From Candidatus Saccharimonadales bacterium (GTDB taxonomy: Bacteria; Patescibacteriota; Microgenomatia; Levybacterales; UBA12049), in assembly GCA_035478335.1 (NCBI GenBank), contig DATIJS010000057.1, forward strand, positions 8,143-72,142: a stretch of DNA of 64,000 bases. Direction: 5' to 3'. The notes under the pieces were generated by a model. It had not been told where the DNA came from and searched no databases. It was given only the letters and a program-made list of their open reading frames with translations. The translations under genes were made by a program, and so were the position numbers. Below are positions 45,250-55,382 of this stretch, piece after piece; positions within the stretch are counted from its first letter, which is position 1, and each line of letters starts with the position of its first letter.

Positions 45250-47133
45250 ATGGATACCAGCAAATCAAGATTCAAACCAAATCTAACAAAAAAGAAATCC
45301 CACAATAACTCTCTAAAAATGCATGAGGTTTTATTGGCCAAAATAATAGATAGGCTTGCTACATCGATTGATCAAGATATTACTCTTCAGGAAATTTCTA
45401 AACTCCTAGTACCCGATCTCGCTGATTATTCAAGGATCGCAATTGTGGATGATTATAAAAAAATAAAAGAAATTAATGTCAGCCATAAAGATCCTTCCAA
45501 AGTACAATTGGCAAGTGATATATTTGATGGATATAAAGGCAGACCGGAATCAACTCACGGCATCGAAAAAATATTAAATAGCGGAAAAGCCGAAATGATT
45601 GAGATTGTAGATAAAAAAGTACTTCAATCTGTCAAAAGCAATGTTTCGCTTTACAATACAATTAAAAAAATCGGCCTGAAGTCATATATGGGAGTTCCTC
45701 TTATAGCCCGCGGCAGAGTTATCGGCGCGATAACTCTCTCCTCTATTAGAGCGGATCGTTTTTACACAATGAGCGATCTGAAATTTGCGCAGGAAATCGC
45801 AAATAGAATAGCCTTAACGCTTGACAATGCAAATTTATACAGGCAGGCTCAGAATGAAATTATAGTAAGACGTGAGACTGAAAAGAAATTGGTTGATGCT
45901 CAGAAAAGACTTCTTTTTCTTTCTGAGGCGAGTAAATTACTTTCATCAAGTCTTGATTACAAAACTACAATTAACAATATAGCAACTCTTGCTATCCCTT
46001 ATATAGCAGACTGGTACATTGTTGATATGTTAAATGAGAAAGGTCAGATGGAATTACTCTCCGTTGCTCATGCAGACAAAAAGATGGTTAGGTTTGCTAA
46101 GGAGTACCGTAAGACACATCCAGTTGATCTGTCAACAAATTCCGGAACGGCTCGGGTTATAAAAACCGGGAAATCAGAGTTTATACCTATTGTTACTGAC
46201 GAAATGATTGTTGATAGTGTAAAAAATAAAAAAGAACTTAAATTAATTAGAAGCCTAGGATTTACATCAATTATTATGGTACCACTTCTTGTGCAGGGGA
46301 CGGTATTTGGGGCAATGACCTTGGTCTCAGCGGGTTCCAAAAGAATCTTTTCAGAAACTGATTTATCAATGATTGAGGAGCTTGGAACACGTATAGCTCT
46401 TGCGATACAAAACGTTAAATTATATACAGAGGCTCAAAAAGCAATTGATGTAAGAGATGAATTTATATCTGTTGCCTCACATGAGCTAAAAACGCCTTTA
46501 ACAAGTCTCAAGCTATTTTCACAAGTTCTCAAACAGCAAGTTGAAAAAAGGGGAGTAATAGATTTCAGTAAGTATTTTGAAAAGATGGATAATCAAGTTA
46601 GTAAACTAGCTGTACTTGTTGAAGATCTGCTCAATATTACAAAGCTGGAACATGGGAAAATGGAATTTTATATGGAAGAGTTTAATATTGAGAATGTATT
46701 AAAAGATGCAATTGAAACACTTATGCCTATGGCACGTTTTCACAAAATTGTTCTAAAAGGAAAATCTACCAAAAATATATATGGCGATAAATATAGAATC
46801 TATCAAGTGGTGACTAATTTATTAACAAACGCGCTTAAATATTCTCCCTCTGCTAAAAATATTGACGTTCGTGTTGGCACTTCTAAGGCCGGTATTCGCC
46901 TGTCAGTTAGAGACTATGGAATAGGAATAGATAAAAAACATTTAGCTAAAATATTTGATCAATTTTATAGGGTTACAGGTTCCAAGGAAAAAACATATCC
47001 TGGCCTTGGAATGGGTTTGTATATCGCAAATGAAATAATCAAACGTCATGGTGGAAAGATGAGTGTAAAAAGTATAAAAGGAAAAGGATCAGAATTTAGT
47101 TTTACACTTCCATTTAAGAAAAATGAAAAATAA
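45250..47133 (+). CDS. sensor histidine kinase with two GAF domains
   Basis: Two GAF-like regions (…GVPLIARGRVIGAITL…, …MVPLLVQGTVFGAMTL…), a HisKA block FISVASHELKTPLTS and a HATPase_c domain. Confidence 0.85.
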   Translation: MDTSKSRFKPNLTKKKSHNNSLKMHEVLLAKIIDRLATSIDQDITLQEISKLLVPDLADYSRIAIVDDYKKIKEINVSHKDPSKVQLASDIFDGYKGRPESTHGIEKILNSGKAEMIEIVDKKVLQSVKSNVSLYNTIKKIGLKSYMGVPLIARGRVIGAITLSSIRADRFYTMSDLKFAQEIANRIALTLDNANLYRQAQNEIIVRRETEKKLVDAQKRLLFLSEASKLLSSSLDYKTTINNIATLAIPYIADWYIVDMLNEKGQMELLSVAHADKKMVRFAKEYRKTHPVDLSTNSGTARVIKTGKSEFIPIVTDEMIVDSVKNKKELKLIRSLGFTSIIMVPLLVQGTVFGAMTLVSAGSKRIFSETDLSMIEELGTRIALAIQNVKLYTEAQKAIDVRDEFISVASHELKTPLTSLKLFSQVLKQQVEKRGVIDFSKYFEKMDNQVSKLAVLVEDLLNITKLEHGKMEFYMEEFNIENVLKDAIETLMPMARFHKIVLKGKSTKNIYGDKYRIYQVVTNLLTNALKYSPSAKNIDVRVGTSKAGIRLSVRDYGIGIDKKHLAKIFDQFYRVTGSKEKTYPGLGMGLYIANEIIKRHGGKMSVKSIKGKGSEFSFTLPFKKNEK

Positions 47134-47533
47134 TCTCAGCCGGAAAAAAAATATGGACAAGATAAATAAAAGAATTCTCGTTGTTGATGACGATCCAGAT
47201 ATACTGGATGCAATGAAATTGACGCTTGAGACAAATGGTTATAAAGTTGATATATTCGAGAAAGGTGAAGGTTTGTCTGACAAGTTGATTCATAGTAATT
47301 TTTACCCTGATCTTATCATTCTTGATGTATTTTTATCAGGAACAAATGGGAAAGAGGTTTGTAGACAATTAAAAGACAACATCAAAACAAAACACATCCC
47401 GGTATTGATGGTTTCAGCACATCCGGATCTATCTAGATCTATTCAAGATATAAACGCTTCAGGTTTTTTGGCAAAACCGTTTGAAGTGCATGATTTACTG
47501 AAAAAAGTTAACGAAAATGTTTCTACTAAATGA
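47123..47533 (+). CDS. single-domain response regulator (receiver only)
   Basis: ILVVDDDPDILD…D…K receiver signature and no output domain. It overlaps the kinase stop codon. Confidence 0.8.
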   Translation: MKNNLSRKKNMDKINKRILVVDDDPDILDAMKLTLETNGYKVDIFEKGEGLSDKLIHSNFYPDLIILDVFLSGTNGKEVCRQLKDNIKTKHIPVLMVSAHPDLSRSIQDINASGFLAKPFEVHDLLKKVNENVSTK

Positions 47534-47623
47534 ATTCTTCTTTCTCGATTCTTACGCATAATTCACGATCTCATTACTCACTTTCAGTATGCTTAACCCA
47601 AGAAGGTAAGGAGGTGATAAAGA

Positions 47624-47980
47624 ATGTCTAATACACACAAAAAAGCAAATAAAAACGGCAAAGCTGTAGCAGTTGGAGTAGCAGGAGCAGCAGTTGTCGC
47701 AGCGGGGGTTGCGGTAGCGGCTTTATCAAAAAAAGAAAACCGTAAAAAAGCCGGGAAAATACTTAAAAAAGTAAAGAAAGAGGGGAAGGCTTTTGGAATC
47801 CAAGCTATAGCGGAAATTGAAAAAGTGCAAAAACTGCATGCAAAAATTGATACACCATCAAAAATCGGTTCAAAGAAAATCACCGGTTCAAAAAAGCGAT
47901 CAATTAGCACATCTCGCAAAAGTTCATCCCGATTAAGAGGTGATCAGAGTCACCTAATGAATAGTAAAATGGCTAATTAG
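47624..47980 (+). CDS. hypothetical Ala/Lys-rich protein
   Basis: 118-aa ORF preceded by an AAGGAGG RBS. It has a hydrophobic Ala/Val/Gly stretch then a basic tail. Confidence 0.4.
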   Translation: MSNTHKKANKNGKAVAVGVAGAAVVAAGVAVAALSKKENRKKAGKILKKVKKEGKAFGIQAIAEIEKVQKLHAKIDTPSKIGSKKITGSKKRSISTSRKSSSRLRGDQSHLMNSKMAN

Positions 47981-48017
47981 TCATTTGGGATCTTTGAAGA
48001 AAGGAGGTTATCTATAT

Positions 48018-48164
48018 ATGGGTTTAATAGAAACAATCGCAATTATTTTGGTGGTTCTTTGGTTATTGGGATTTGGATTGCATATTGGCGGAAGCATAAT
48101 TCATGTACTCTTAGTAATTGCAATAATAGTCTTTTTAATGCGTTTTATAAAAAGAAACGCTTAA
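48018..48164 (+). CDS. 48-aa small membrane protein (lmo0937-like family; not in ORF track)
   Basis: AAGGAGG RBS 8 nt upstream of the ATG. MGLIETIAIILVVLWLLGFGLHIGGSIIHVLLVIAIIVFLMRFIKRNA has two TM helices and a GxxxH..LLVIA block typical of this small-protein family. Confidence 0.55.
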   Translation: MGLIETIAIILVVLWLLGFGLHIGGSIIHVLLVIAIIVFLMRFIKRNA

Positions 48165-48252
48165 GTAAAAGTTAGATTATATTCAAGAGTAAAACTTAGC
48201 CCATCGTTTAGGTATATTTAATCTAAACGGTGGGTTTTGGTATAATCAATTT

Positions 48253-49173
48253 ATGTCAGTCTCAAAATATCAGGTATTACTTTTTTATAAATATGTCCGC
48301 CTTCCTATTCCGGAATTGATTAAAAAAGAGCAAATCAAATTGTGCGTTGCTTTAAATTTAAAGGGTAGGATTATTCTGGCAGAAGAGGGGATTAACGGAA
48401 CGCTTGAGGGGCTCAAAAAAGATACCAAGAAATATATCGCTGAGATGGATAAGAGTGATTTGTTTAAGGATATAAGCTTTAAGAAAAGTGAGGGAACAGG
48501 AAGTGCTTTTCCCAAATTAAGTATTAAAGTAAGACGCGAAGTAGTGACTGCTAAAATTCCTATAGATCCCACAAAAGTAACCGGTAAATATATTACCTCA
48601 GATTTACTTCATCAATGGATTGAAGAGAAGAAAGAATTTTATATCGTTGATATGCGAAATGACTACGAGTATCAGTCAGGTCATTTTGAAAATTTTATCC
48701 CCTCAGGAATTCACAATTTCTACGATTTGCCGGATGTGCTGCCAAAATTGAAACACCTCAAAAATAAAACAATTGTTACTGTCTGCACAGGTGGTATAAG
48801 GTGTGAGAAAGCCTCCGGATTTTTAGTAAACAACGGATTTGAAGACGTTTACCAACTCAAAGATGGGATACAAACATACATGGAAAAATATCCAAATGAG
48901 CATTTTCTGGGGAAACTGTATGTTTTTGATAATCGTTTAACGCTTGGCTTTAACATCGAAGATCCCAAGCATAAAATTGTCGGGAAATGTCTGCATTGCG
49001 GTGTCTCATGTGACAGCTATGTTAACTGTGAGTATGATATTTGCCATTTTCATTACATAAGCTGTCAGGACTGCATGGATCGCGAGTTAGGTTTATATTT
49101 TGATAAAAAAGAATGTAAGGAAAAATATTTGAAGAGTCCGCAGTATGCCAAAGTTCAGGGAATGAATGTTTAG
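48253..49173 (+). CDS. trhO: rhodanese-domain tRNA U34 hydroxylase TrhO (UPF0176/YceA family)
   Basis: N-terminal LLFYKY…EGINGT block, a rhodanese active-site CTGGIRCEKAS and a Cys-rich C-terminus. TGgTATAAT lies 6 nt before the ATG. Confidence 0.75.
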   Translation: MSVSKYQVLLFYKYVRLPIPELIKKEQIKLCVALNLKGRIILAEEGINGTLEGLKKDTKKYIAEMDKSDLFKDISFKKSEGTGSAFPKLSIKVRREVVTAKIPIDPTKVTGKYITSDLLHQWIEEKKEFYIVDMRNDYEYQSGHFENFIPSGIHNFYDLPDVLPKLKHLKNKTIVTVCTGGIRCEKASGFLVNNGFEDVYQLKDGIQTYMEKYPNEHFLGKLYVFDNRLTLGFNIEDPKHKIVGKCLHCGVSCDSYVNCEYDICHFHYISCQDCMDRELGLYFDKKECKEKYLKSPQYAKVQGMNV

Positions 49174-49178
49174 AATTA

Positions 49179-49736
49179 TTATTCTTCCGGCTCAGGGGGT
49201 AGAAATTCTTCCCCTGCATTATCTACCTTTTCATTATATTCTGAAGGCTTGAGCCAGTAAACATACGTGCAGCCTGTTGCTTTTCTTTCCTTACTATCCC
49301 ATCCGGCTGTACTGCATTTCTTCATTTTCTTTCCTGCATTGGTTGTGAAAAGCACAAGTTTGGATCCGCATTCAGGGCATTCCTCATCTAATGGCTCTGT
49401 AGTTCCATTGATCCACTCCACATAATCACAGCCTTCAACCTTTTTGGTATCTTTATTCCAGACACCTGTTGAGCATTTTTTCATTTTCTTACCAAAACGA
49501 GTGGTTGCAAGAATAAGAGGGGAGCCGCATTTGGGGCATTTCTCATCAAGCGCTTCAGGTTCAATCTCAAGCCATTTTACATAATCGCAGCCGATATTTT
49601 GGCGGGTCTCCGGGTCCCATGATCCTTTTGAACATCTTTGAAGTTTGCGGCCGGTCTTGGTGACTGTTATCTCTCCTAGTGCAGATCCGCATTTGGGACA
49701 GACTTCGTTATTTGTTTTTTCTTCTGCATTTGCCAT
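49179..49736 (-). CDS. protein made of three tandem topoisomerase-type C4 zinc ribbons
   Basis: Three repeats of CP(K/E)CGS…GKKMKKCST..W……GCDYV.W, i.e. the zf-C4_Topoisom pattern, with no catalytic domain. Confidence 0.65.
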   Translation of the reverse strand: MANAEEKTNNEVCPKCGSALGEITVTKTGRKLQRCSKGSWDPETRQNIGCDYVKWLEIEPEALDEKCPKCGSPLILATTRFGKKMKKCSTGVWNKDTKKVEGCDYVEWINGTTEPLDEECPECGSKLVLFTTNAGKKMKKCSTAGWDSKERKATGCTYVYWLKPSEYNEKVDNAGEEFLPPEPEE

Positions 49737-49832
49737 TGATCCATACTACTTAAATGTGTCTTGCTAGTCAATAGACATTTTTGAGCAGCACTTTACATTT
49801 GCTATGTAATGGGTTAATAATTAAAAAGGAGT

Positions 49833-50210
49833 ATGAATAAAGTACTAATTGTTGAAGATGATAAGACACTTCGGGAAATGTATGTTGAGATATTAAAAAG
49901 CGGAGATTTCACTATAGATACAGCAATAGATGGGACGGAAGCCCTTCACAAAATAAAATCTTTTAGACCCGATGCTATTCTTCTTGACCTATTTATTCCC
50001 AAAATTAACGGAATGGATTTATTGAAAAGTATTAAGACAAATCCCGCTACCAAAAATATTAAAGTGATTGTTTCGACCAATGTTCACGTAAATCAGGAAG
50101 AACTTTTACAAAACGGAGCAGAATATGTCCTTCTCAAAGCTGAATACAATCCTGAGCAGCTCACACAAAAAATACAGGAGATTTTAGGAACAACAAATCC
50201 TCAGAATTGA
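49833..50210 (+). CDS. single-domain response regulator (receiver only)
   Basis: VLIVEDDKTLREM…DAILLDLFIPKINGMDLL…K receiver motifs. AAAGGAG RBS upstream. Confidence 0.8.
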   Translation: MNKVLIVEDDKTLREMYVEILKSGDFTIDTAIDGTEALHKIKSFRPDAILLDLFIPKINGMDLLKSIKTNPATKNIKVIVSTNVHVNQEELLQNGAEYVLLKAEYNPEQLTQKIQEILGTTNPQN

Positions 50211-50218
50211 ACATTATT

Positions 50219-51454
50219 TCAGCCTTTGCCCATATTTGTCAGGATCATTAGCGGGATTGATACGATTGCTAAAATACAGATAAGTACAAAGTAAATCCAG
50301 CCTAGTGTTTTCCCAAAATTTCCGCTTGCATGTTTTTGCATTATGCGCTTATCAGCGGCGACTTTTAGTACAGCATAATATGTAAAGGGAAGTGCGAGAA
50401 GAGAAAATATTACTGCATATTCCACTAGGTCAACAGGGTCAATGTTGAACAGAAGGACAAAAAAAGAAAAAATAAAAATTGTGATCCAGGTTGCTGAGAA
50501 TTTTTGGGTTTTGGTTGGATCCAGATGCCGTCCCCAGCGCCATTCAAAATACTGAGCAATGTTGTAAGCACCGGCAAAGCAAGTCTCAAGCGCAGCACCT
50601 GATATGGCAAAAATTATACCGATTAACGCTATTATCATGCCTATCTTTCCAAAGGGAATTGCCGCTAAAAGCACACTTGTTCCATGGAGATTTGGAGTGA
50701 TGTTAAGGGGTTTAAAAATATCGGCACCAAGCACCAAAAGTGATCCAGAAACAAGTGCTCCAAGACTCATCCCTACAATTGCCGTCAGCTTGTTATCTAT
50801 CAATTTTTTAGGATCCCACTTTTCCTCAATTCCACCTGATGAATAAAAATAAACCTCGTAAGGCATCATTGTGCTGGAAATAATCCCGAGCGCGAAATAA
50901 AGATAAGTGTAAATACTTTGAAGATTATAGTGTGGAAGCTTGGGAATCAATCCGGAGCTTATTTCACCGGACGGAATGTGACGTGTGATGACTGCTGCGA
51001 TAAAAATAACCATACCCAAGCCCAAAAGGCCAAATATTTTTTCAAGCAAATTAAATGGCAGTGTCCAGACGATCAATATCAGCACGCCAACAGTTAGAAT
51101 AAGTGCAGGGAGATGGGAAAGTCCGGTTAAGAGTTGGAGTGCAATTGCGACTCCGCCTACTTCAGCAGCACAGGTGAGAATATTTAAAATAGTCGATAAA
51201 ATAAGTACGAGAATACTTACTCGCTTGGAAAAACGGTCTTTGATAATTTCAAAAACAGCTTTTTTGTGAACTGCAGCGATCCTGCCTGAGGCTTCAGAAA
51301 AAACAATTATCCCAATTGCTCCTACCAATACAGCCCACAAAAGTGCAAAACCGAATTTGACACCAGCTTGAACTGAAAAAACCAACTCACCGATATCTAC
51401 AAACCCGCCCATGGCGGTTAATACACCTAGCGTGATTTGAATTAAGCTACTCAT
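50219..51454 (-). CDS. Nramp-family divalent metal (Mn2+/Fe2+) transporter
   Basis: 411-aa polytopic membrane protein (~11 TM) with an N-terminal GGFVDIGELVFSVQAG block resembling the Nramp DPGN/Q motif region. Confidence 0.55.
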   Translation of the reverse strand: MSSLIQITLGVLTAMGGFVDIGELVFSVQAGVKFGFALLWAVLVGAIGIIVFSEASGRIAAVHKKAVFEIIKDRFSKRVSILVLILSTILNILTCAAEVGGVAIALQLLTGLSHLPALILTVGVLILIVWTLPFNLLEKIFGLLGLGMVIFIAAVITRHIPSGEISSGLIPKLPHYNLQSIYTYLYFALGIISSTMMPYEVYFYSSGGIEEKWDPKKLIDNKLTAIVGMSLGALVSGSLLVLGADIFKPLNITPNLHGTSVLLAAIPFGKIGMIIALIGIIFAISGAALETCFAGAYNIAQYFEWRWGRHLDPTKTQKFSATWITIFIFSFFVLLFNIDPVDLVEYAVIFSLLALPFTYYAVLKVAADKRIMQKHASGNFGKTLGWIYFVLICILAIVSIPLMILTNMGKG

Positions 51455-51893
51455 ATAATTTCCCTAGGTACTCAAGCTGCTTTGTAATTTTTTTATTTTC
51501 CAATAGCTCAGATTCAATTTGTTGCTTTTCAGCTGTTTTCTCCTCAATTTTTTTAGTCATAAAAAGATACTCAGATGACAAATTTGTAAGTTTTTTTAAA
51601 TTTGAAAAATCTTTTGGAGCAATTTTTTTACCTTGTAATGTATCTGATATTGATTGAAACTTTTTGTCGATCTGGTTAAGTTGGTTTGTCAGATAGGTTG
51701 AGGTTATTTTATCTTGTTGATAATTCTGAAGAAGAAGTTGAGTTTCATGTCCAAAGCTCTCAAAGTCATTGATTTGTGAGTGGATATCATTTTTATTAAG
51801 CTCTGTGTTGCCAATCATCTGCGTGCCAAAAACCGTAACTCCAACGAGTAAGGCAATAAGGGCAGAAACAATATAGATATAAGATGATTTCAC
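51447..51893 (-). CDS. hypothetical membrane-anchored coiled-coil protein, overlapping the Nramp start by 8 nt
   Basis: 148-aa ORF with an N-terminal TM helix and a Gln/Lys-rich helical remainder. It appears translationally coupled to the transporter gene. Confidence 0.4.
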   Translation of the reverse strand: MKSSYIYIVSALIALLVGVTVFGTQMIGNTELNKNDIHSQINDFESFGHETQLLLQNYQQDKITSTYLTNQLNQIDKKFQSISDTLQGKKIAPKDFSNLKKLTNLSSEYLFMTKKIEEKTAEKQQIESELLENKKITKQLEYLGKLYE

Positions 51894-52020
51894 CAGAATA
51901 ATATATTAAAGATAGATTAATCCTTAGCCAAAAAACGGTAAGAATATAGTAAGTTACATTCTTACTGTTTTCATAGATATTTTTAATAATGTTTTAAACA
52001 CAATTATATAAAGTTCAATT

Positions 52021-52875
52021 ATGAATAATCCTTCAGGACAGCCGCCCCAAGAACAGCACCCACCGGGTACCGAGCAGAAAATGTATCCTAAGCCTGTGAG
52101 CGTCAACCCGAATTATAAGTCATCAGGAAAGTTTAAAGATAAGGTCGTATTAATTACAGGAGGGGATAGCGGAATAGGAAAAGCGACTGCAGTTCATTTT
52201 GCCAAAGAAGGTGCAAATGTCGGGATTATTTATCTGGAAGTCGACCAAGATGCGGAGGAAACAAAAAAGATGATCGAACAAGAGGGAAGAGAATGCTTGC
52301 TTATAAAAGGAGACATTGGAGATAAAGAATTTTGTAAAAAAAGCGTAAAACAAGTCATAGACAAGTTTGCACGTGTAGATGTGCTAATAAATAATGCCGC
52401 AGAGCAGCATCCTCGGGAAAATTTGGAGGAAATTTCAGAAGAACAGCTAAGGAGGACCTTTCAGACAAATATCTTTTCCATGTTTTTCATGACACAAGCG
52501 GTAATGCCGCATTTGAAAGAGGGAAGTAGCATTTTAAATAATGCATCGGTTACTGCATACCGTGGAAGTGAGCATTTACTTGATTATTCATCAACCAAAG
52601 GAGCGATTGTTAGCTTCACACGCTCGCTTGCTGCCAATCTTGCAAAGAAAAAAATAAGAGTAAATGCTGTTGCGCCGGGACCAATCTGGACGCCTCTAAT
52701 TGTATCGACTTTTCCAAAAGAAAGGGTCTCAGGATTTGGGACAGATACGCCTCTTGGCAGGGCAGGACAACCTTATGAGGTAGCAACAGCCTTTATATTT
52801 CTTGCCAGTGACGACGCCTCCTACATAACCGGCCAGACTCTCCACGTAAACGGTGGTGAACCGGTCAATGGATAA
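52021..52875 (+). CDS. SDR-family oxidoreductase
   Basis: TGGDSGIGKA (TGxxxGxG), NNAA and a YxxxK catalytic region. Confidence 0.85.
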   Translation: MNNPSGQPPQEQHPPGTEQKMYPKPVSVNPNYKSSGKFKDKVVLITGGDSGIGKATAVHFAKEGANVGIIYLEVDQDAEETKKMIEQEGRECLLIKGDIGDKEFCKKSVKQVIDKFARVDVLINNAAEQHPRENLEEISEEQLRRTFQTNIFSMFFMTQAVMPHLKEGSSILNNASVTAYRGSEHLLDYSSTKGAIVSFTRSLAANLAKKKIRVNAVAPGPIWTPLIVSTFPKERVSGFGTDTPLGRAGQPYEVATAFIFLASDDASYITGQTLHVNGGEPVNG

Positions 52876-52957
52876 ATATTCATACAAGTCTTTTACATTT
52901 GAGCTGTTAAGATAATTAAGTATAAGTTTATTTTAATAAAGATCGGGGGTGATTTAT

Positions 52958-53104
52958 ATGAGTATTAGTTTTGCAAATCTTAGTCCAATTGTTTCATTAC
53001 TTTTTGGTATTCTTATCCTGGTATTTCCAAAATTTCTCAATTATCTAATTGCTGTCTATCTTATTATCATAGGGCTGTTGGGGCTTGGAATAATCAGATT
53101 TTGA
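52958..53104 (+). CDS. 48-aa small membrane protein (DUF3096-like; not in ORF track)
   Basis: GGGGGTGA RBS-like purine run before the ATG. MSISFANLSPIVSLLFGILILVFPKFLNYLIAVYLIIIGLLGLGIIRF matches the DUF3096 pattern (…ILVFPK.LNY.IA.YLIIIGLLGL…). Confidence 0.5.
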   Translation: MSISFANLSPIVSLLFGILILVFPKFLNYLIAVYLIIIGLLGLGIIRF

Positions 53105-53228
53105 GCAGGCGGTAAAGGTAAATATAAATTTTAGTTTACTAATTTTATACTAATATTTATCTTTTTACTTTTACCCCCTTGACAATTATATTAATTTGAT
53201 ATAAATTTAGATTAAATCTACAATATTT

Positions 53229-54668
53229 ATGGATGACACAAGTAAAAATCTAAAAAATTATCTTGAAATCCCATATGATAAGTTGGAAGAAATGAATCTC
53301 AAAGCAGCCGAAGATTCATTGACAAAAAGCCCCAAAGAACTGGAAAAAGAATATAGTGCATACCTCCTTAAAGAAAAAAGAATTAAAGCAGTTACTGTCT
53401 GCTTTACAGACATCGAGGGGAGATTTCATATGCTGGATTATGACAAGAAGTTTTTTCTTGACTCTATTGCCAATCTTACATTTGATGGTTCCTCAATCCG
53501 CGGATTTTCCGCTCAATTTGAATCAGATCTGAGACTTGATATTGACTGGGGATCTATCAGACATCTGCCGTCTGATGTTTTTGGCAGTGGAAAAGTAATC
53601 TTTTTTGCATCAGTTCATAACCGCAATCACACACAATACGAATCTGATTTCCGTGGACAACTAAAGCTTTATTCGGAAGCTCTTCGTAAAAAAGAAGGAA
53701 TTACAGCATTCGCTGCATCTGAAATTGAAGGATTTTTGGTTGATGGGATTAATTCCGAGCAGAATTTCACAGCTTCAGAGGGTTTGAAACTTATTACAAC
53801 TGGTGGATATTTTCACTCACTCCCGCTTGATAAATTGCGTGTATTTATAGATCATGTTGCAGAAGCTCAGCGTGCCATGGGTTTTAAAAATGAAAAGGAT
53901 CATCCTGAAGTTGCTCCATCTCAGTTTGAAGTTAATTTTTCCTATGCTGATGTAGTCCGCGCAGGGGATCAGATTCAGCTTTATAAATTAGTCTGCCGTC
54001 AGGTAGCAAGATCTATGGGAATGACAGCGACATTCTTGCCAAAACCGGCAATGGGAATAAATGGGTCAGGAATGCACACCAATTTCTCACTCGGAAAGGG
54101 TGGAAAGAATATTTTTTACGATCCAAAAGGACAAGACGGGCTCTCAAAAATAGCTTGGGATTTCCTTGGAAGACTTCTGCAGCATGCACCTGAGATTTGT
54201 CTGGTATTCAATTCTTCAGTGAATGCATACAGAAGACTGGATCCGCATTTTGAAGCTCCAAATCAGATAAAAGTCTCAGCACTTGACCGTGGATCTATGA
54301 TCAGAATTCCTGTCGGAAATGAAAAAACAGCCAGAATTGAAGTCAGGTCTGTTGCACCGGATTCCAATCCATATCTTGTTTTATACACTATTCTGAGAGT
54401 TGGAAAAGAAGGAGATCAGCTGAAAAAAGACGAGGAGAAAAGAGAAAGATCAAGATTCCTGCCTGACAATATCTATGATGCGATCAGAATATTCAAGTCC
54501 AGTGACTTTATGAGTAAAATCTTGGGAGCAAATAATAAAGAAAAATATGCCTCATTCAAGCAAGCAGCTGCTGATAGAAGCCCGAAAGCGCTTGGAACAC
54601 TTATTAAGGAGTCTGAGATTATTTATCATCATGAAGTAACGAATCAGGTTTTGTGGAATAAGTTTTAA
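53229..54668 (+). CDS. glnA: glutamine synthetase family protein
   Basis: GS beta-grasp and catalytic domains (…FTDIEGRFHML…, …NGSGMHTNFSL…, …RIPVGNE…). Confidence 0.8.
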   Translation: MDDTSKNLKNYLEIPYDKLEEMNLKAAEDSLTKSPKELEKEYSAYLLKEKRIKAVTVCFTDIEGRFHMLDYDKKFFLDSIANLTFDGSSIRGFSAQFESDLRLDIDWGSIRHLPSDVFGSGKVIFFASVHNRNHTQYESDFRGQLKLYSEALRKKEGITAFAASEIEGFLVDGINSEQNFTASEGLKLITTGGYFHSLPLDKLRVFIDHVAEAQRAMGFKNEKDHPEVAPSQFEVNFSYADVVRAGDQIQLYKLVCRQVARSMGMTATFLPKPAMGINGSGMHTNFSLGKGGKNIFYDPKGQDGLSKIAWDFLGRLLQHAPEICLVFNSSVNAYRRLDPHFEAPNQIKVSALDRGSMIRIPVGNEKTARIEVRSVAPDSNPYLVLYTILRVGKEGDQLKKDEEKRERSRFLPDNIYDAIRIFKSSDFMSKILGANNKEKYASFKQAAADRSPKALGTLIKESEIIYHHEVTNQVLWNKF

Positions 54669-54715
54669 AAAGTTGCTACTTTCGAGGTGAAAATTGTAAG
54701 TGCTATAATCCTCTC

Positions 54716-55351
54716 ATGAATTCAAAAGTTTGGAACGCTCCAAAACCTCCCTTTATAAAATATAAGAAAAGTATGTTTTTAAATGCTTCAAAAGTTACGG
54801 GTTTGGTTTATCAAATAGGAGAAAGTGAGATTCTCAGAAAGCCATCGGTTGAAGTTTCGTTAAGAAATATAAAAACACGCGAGATGCAATTGAAGTTTGC
54901 TTTTCTTAAAAAAAGGTTGCAACAATATACCAAAATAACCGGGCATGGCCGCGGAATGGCCGCTGTTCAGGTGGGTATTCCGGAAAATTTTTTTGTCGCA
55001 TATACAAATCTTGAAAAAACAAAAATTGAGACCTTTATAAATCCCAAAATTACAAAAAAGTCGGCAAAACATCTGAAATATCCTGAAATGTGCATGAGTG
55101 CCAATCCTGTAATTGTTCCATTGACTAGGCCAGCATGGATTGAGTTTGATTATCTGGAAGAATCAGGAAATTCAAAACATTGGTCAATGAAAGATGAAAC
55201 TAAACTTGGCCGAATGTTAAATCGCGTGTTCCAGCATGAAATTGATCATCTTGCGGGAATTATCAATATTGATCTGGTTAGTTCTCCAAAAGAATTGATT
55301 TTGGAGTCTAACCCATCCTTTTACAAAAAATCAAAATTTGAAACAGTATAA
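54716..55351 (+). CDS. def: peptide deformylase
   Basis: The three PDF motifs: GRGMAAVQVG (GxGxAAxQ), EMCMS (EGCLS) and QHEIDHLAG (HExxH). Confidence 0.8.
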   Translation: MNSKVWNAPKPPFIKYKKSMFLNASKVTGLVYQIGESEILRKPSVEVSLRNIKTREMQLKFAFLKKRLQQYTKITGHGRGMAAVQVGIPENFFVAYTNLEKTKIETFINPKITKKSAKHLKYPEMCMSANPVIVPLTRPAWIEFDYLEESGNSKHWSMKDETKLGRMLNRVFQHEIDHLAGIINIDLVSSPKELILESNPSFYKKSKFETV

Positions 55352-55382
55352 TTTTAAACTAATTCTGCTATACTTTATTCAG

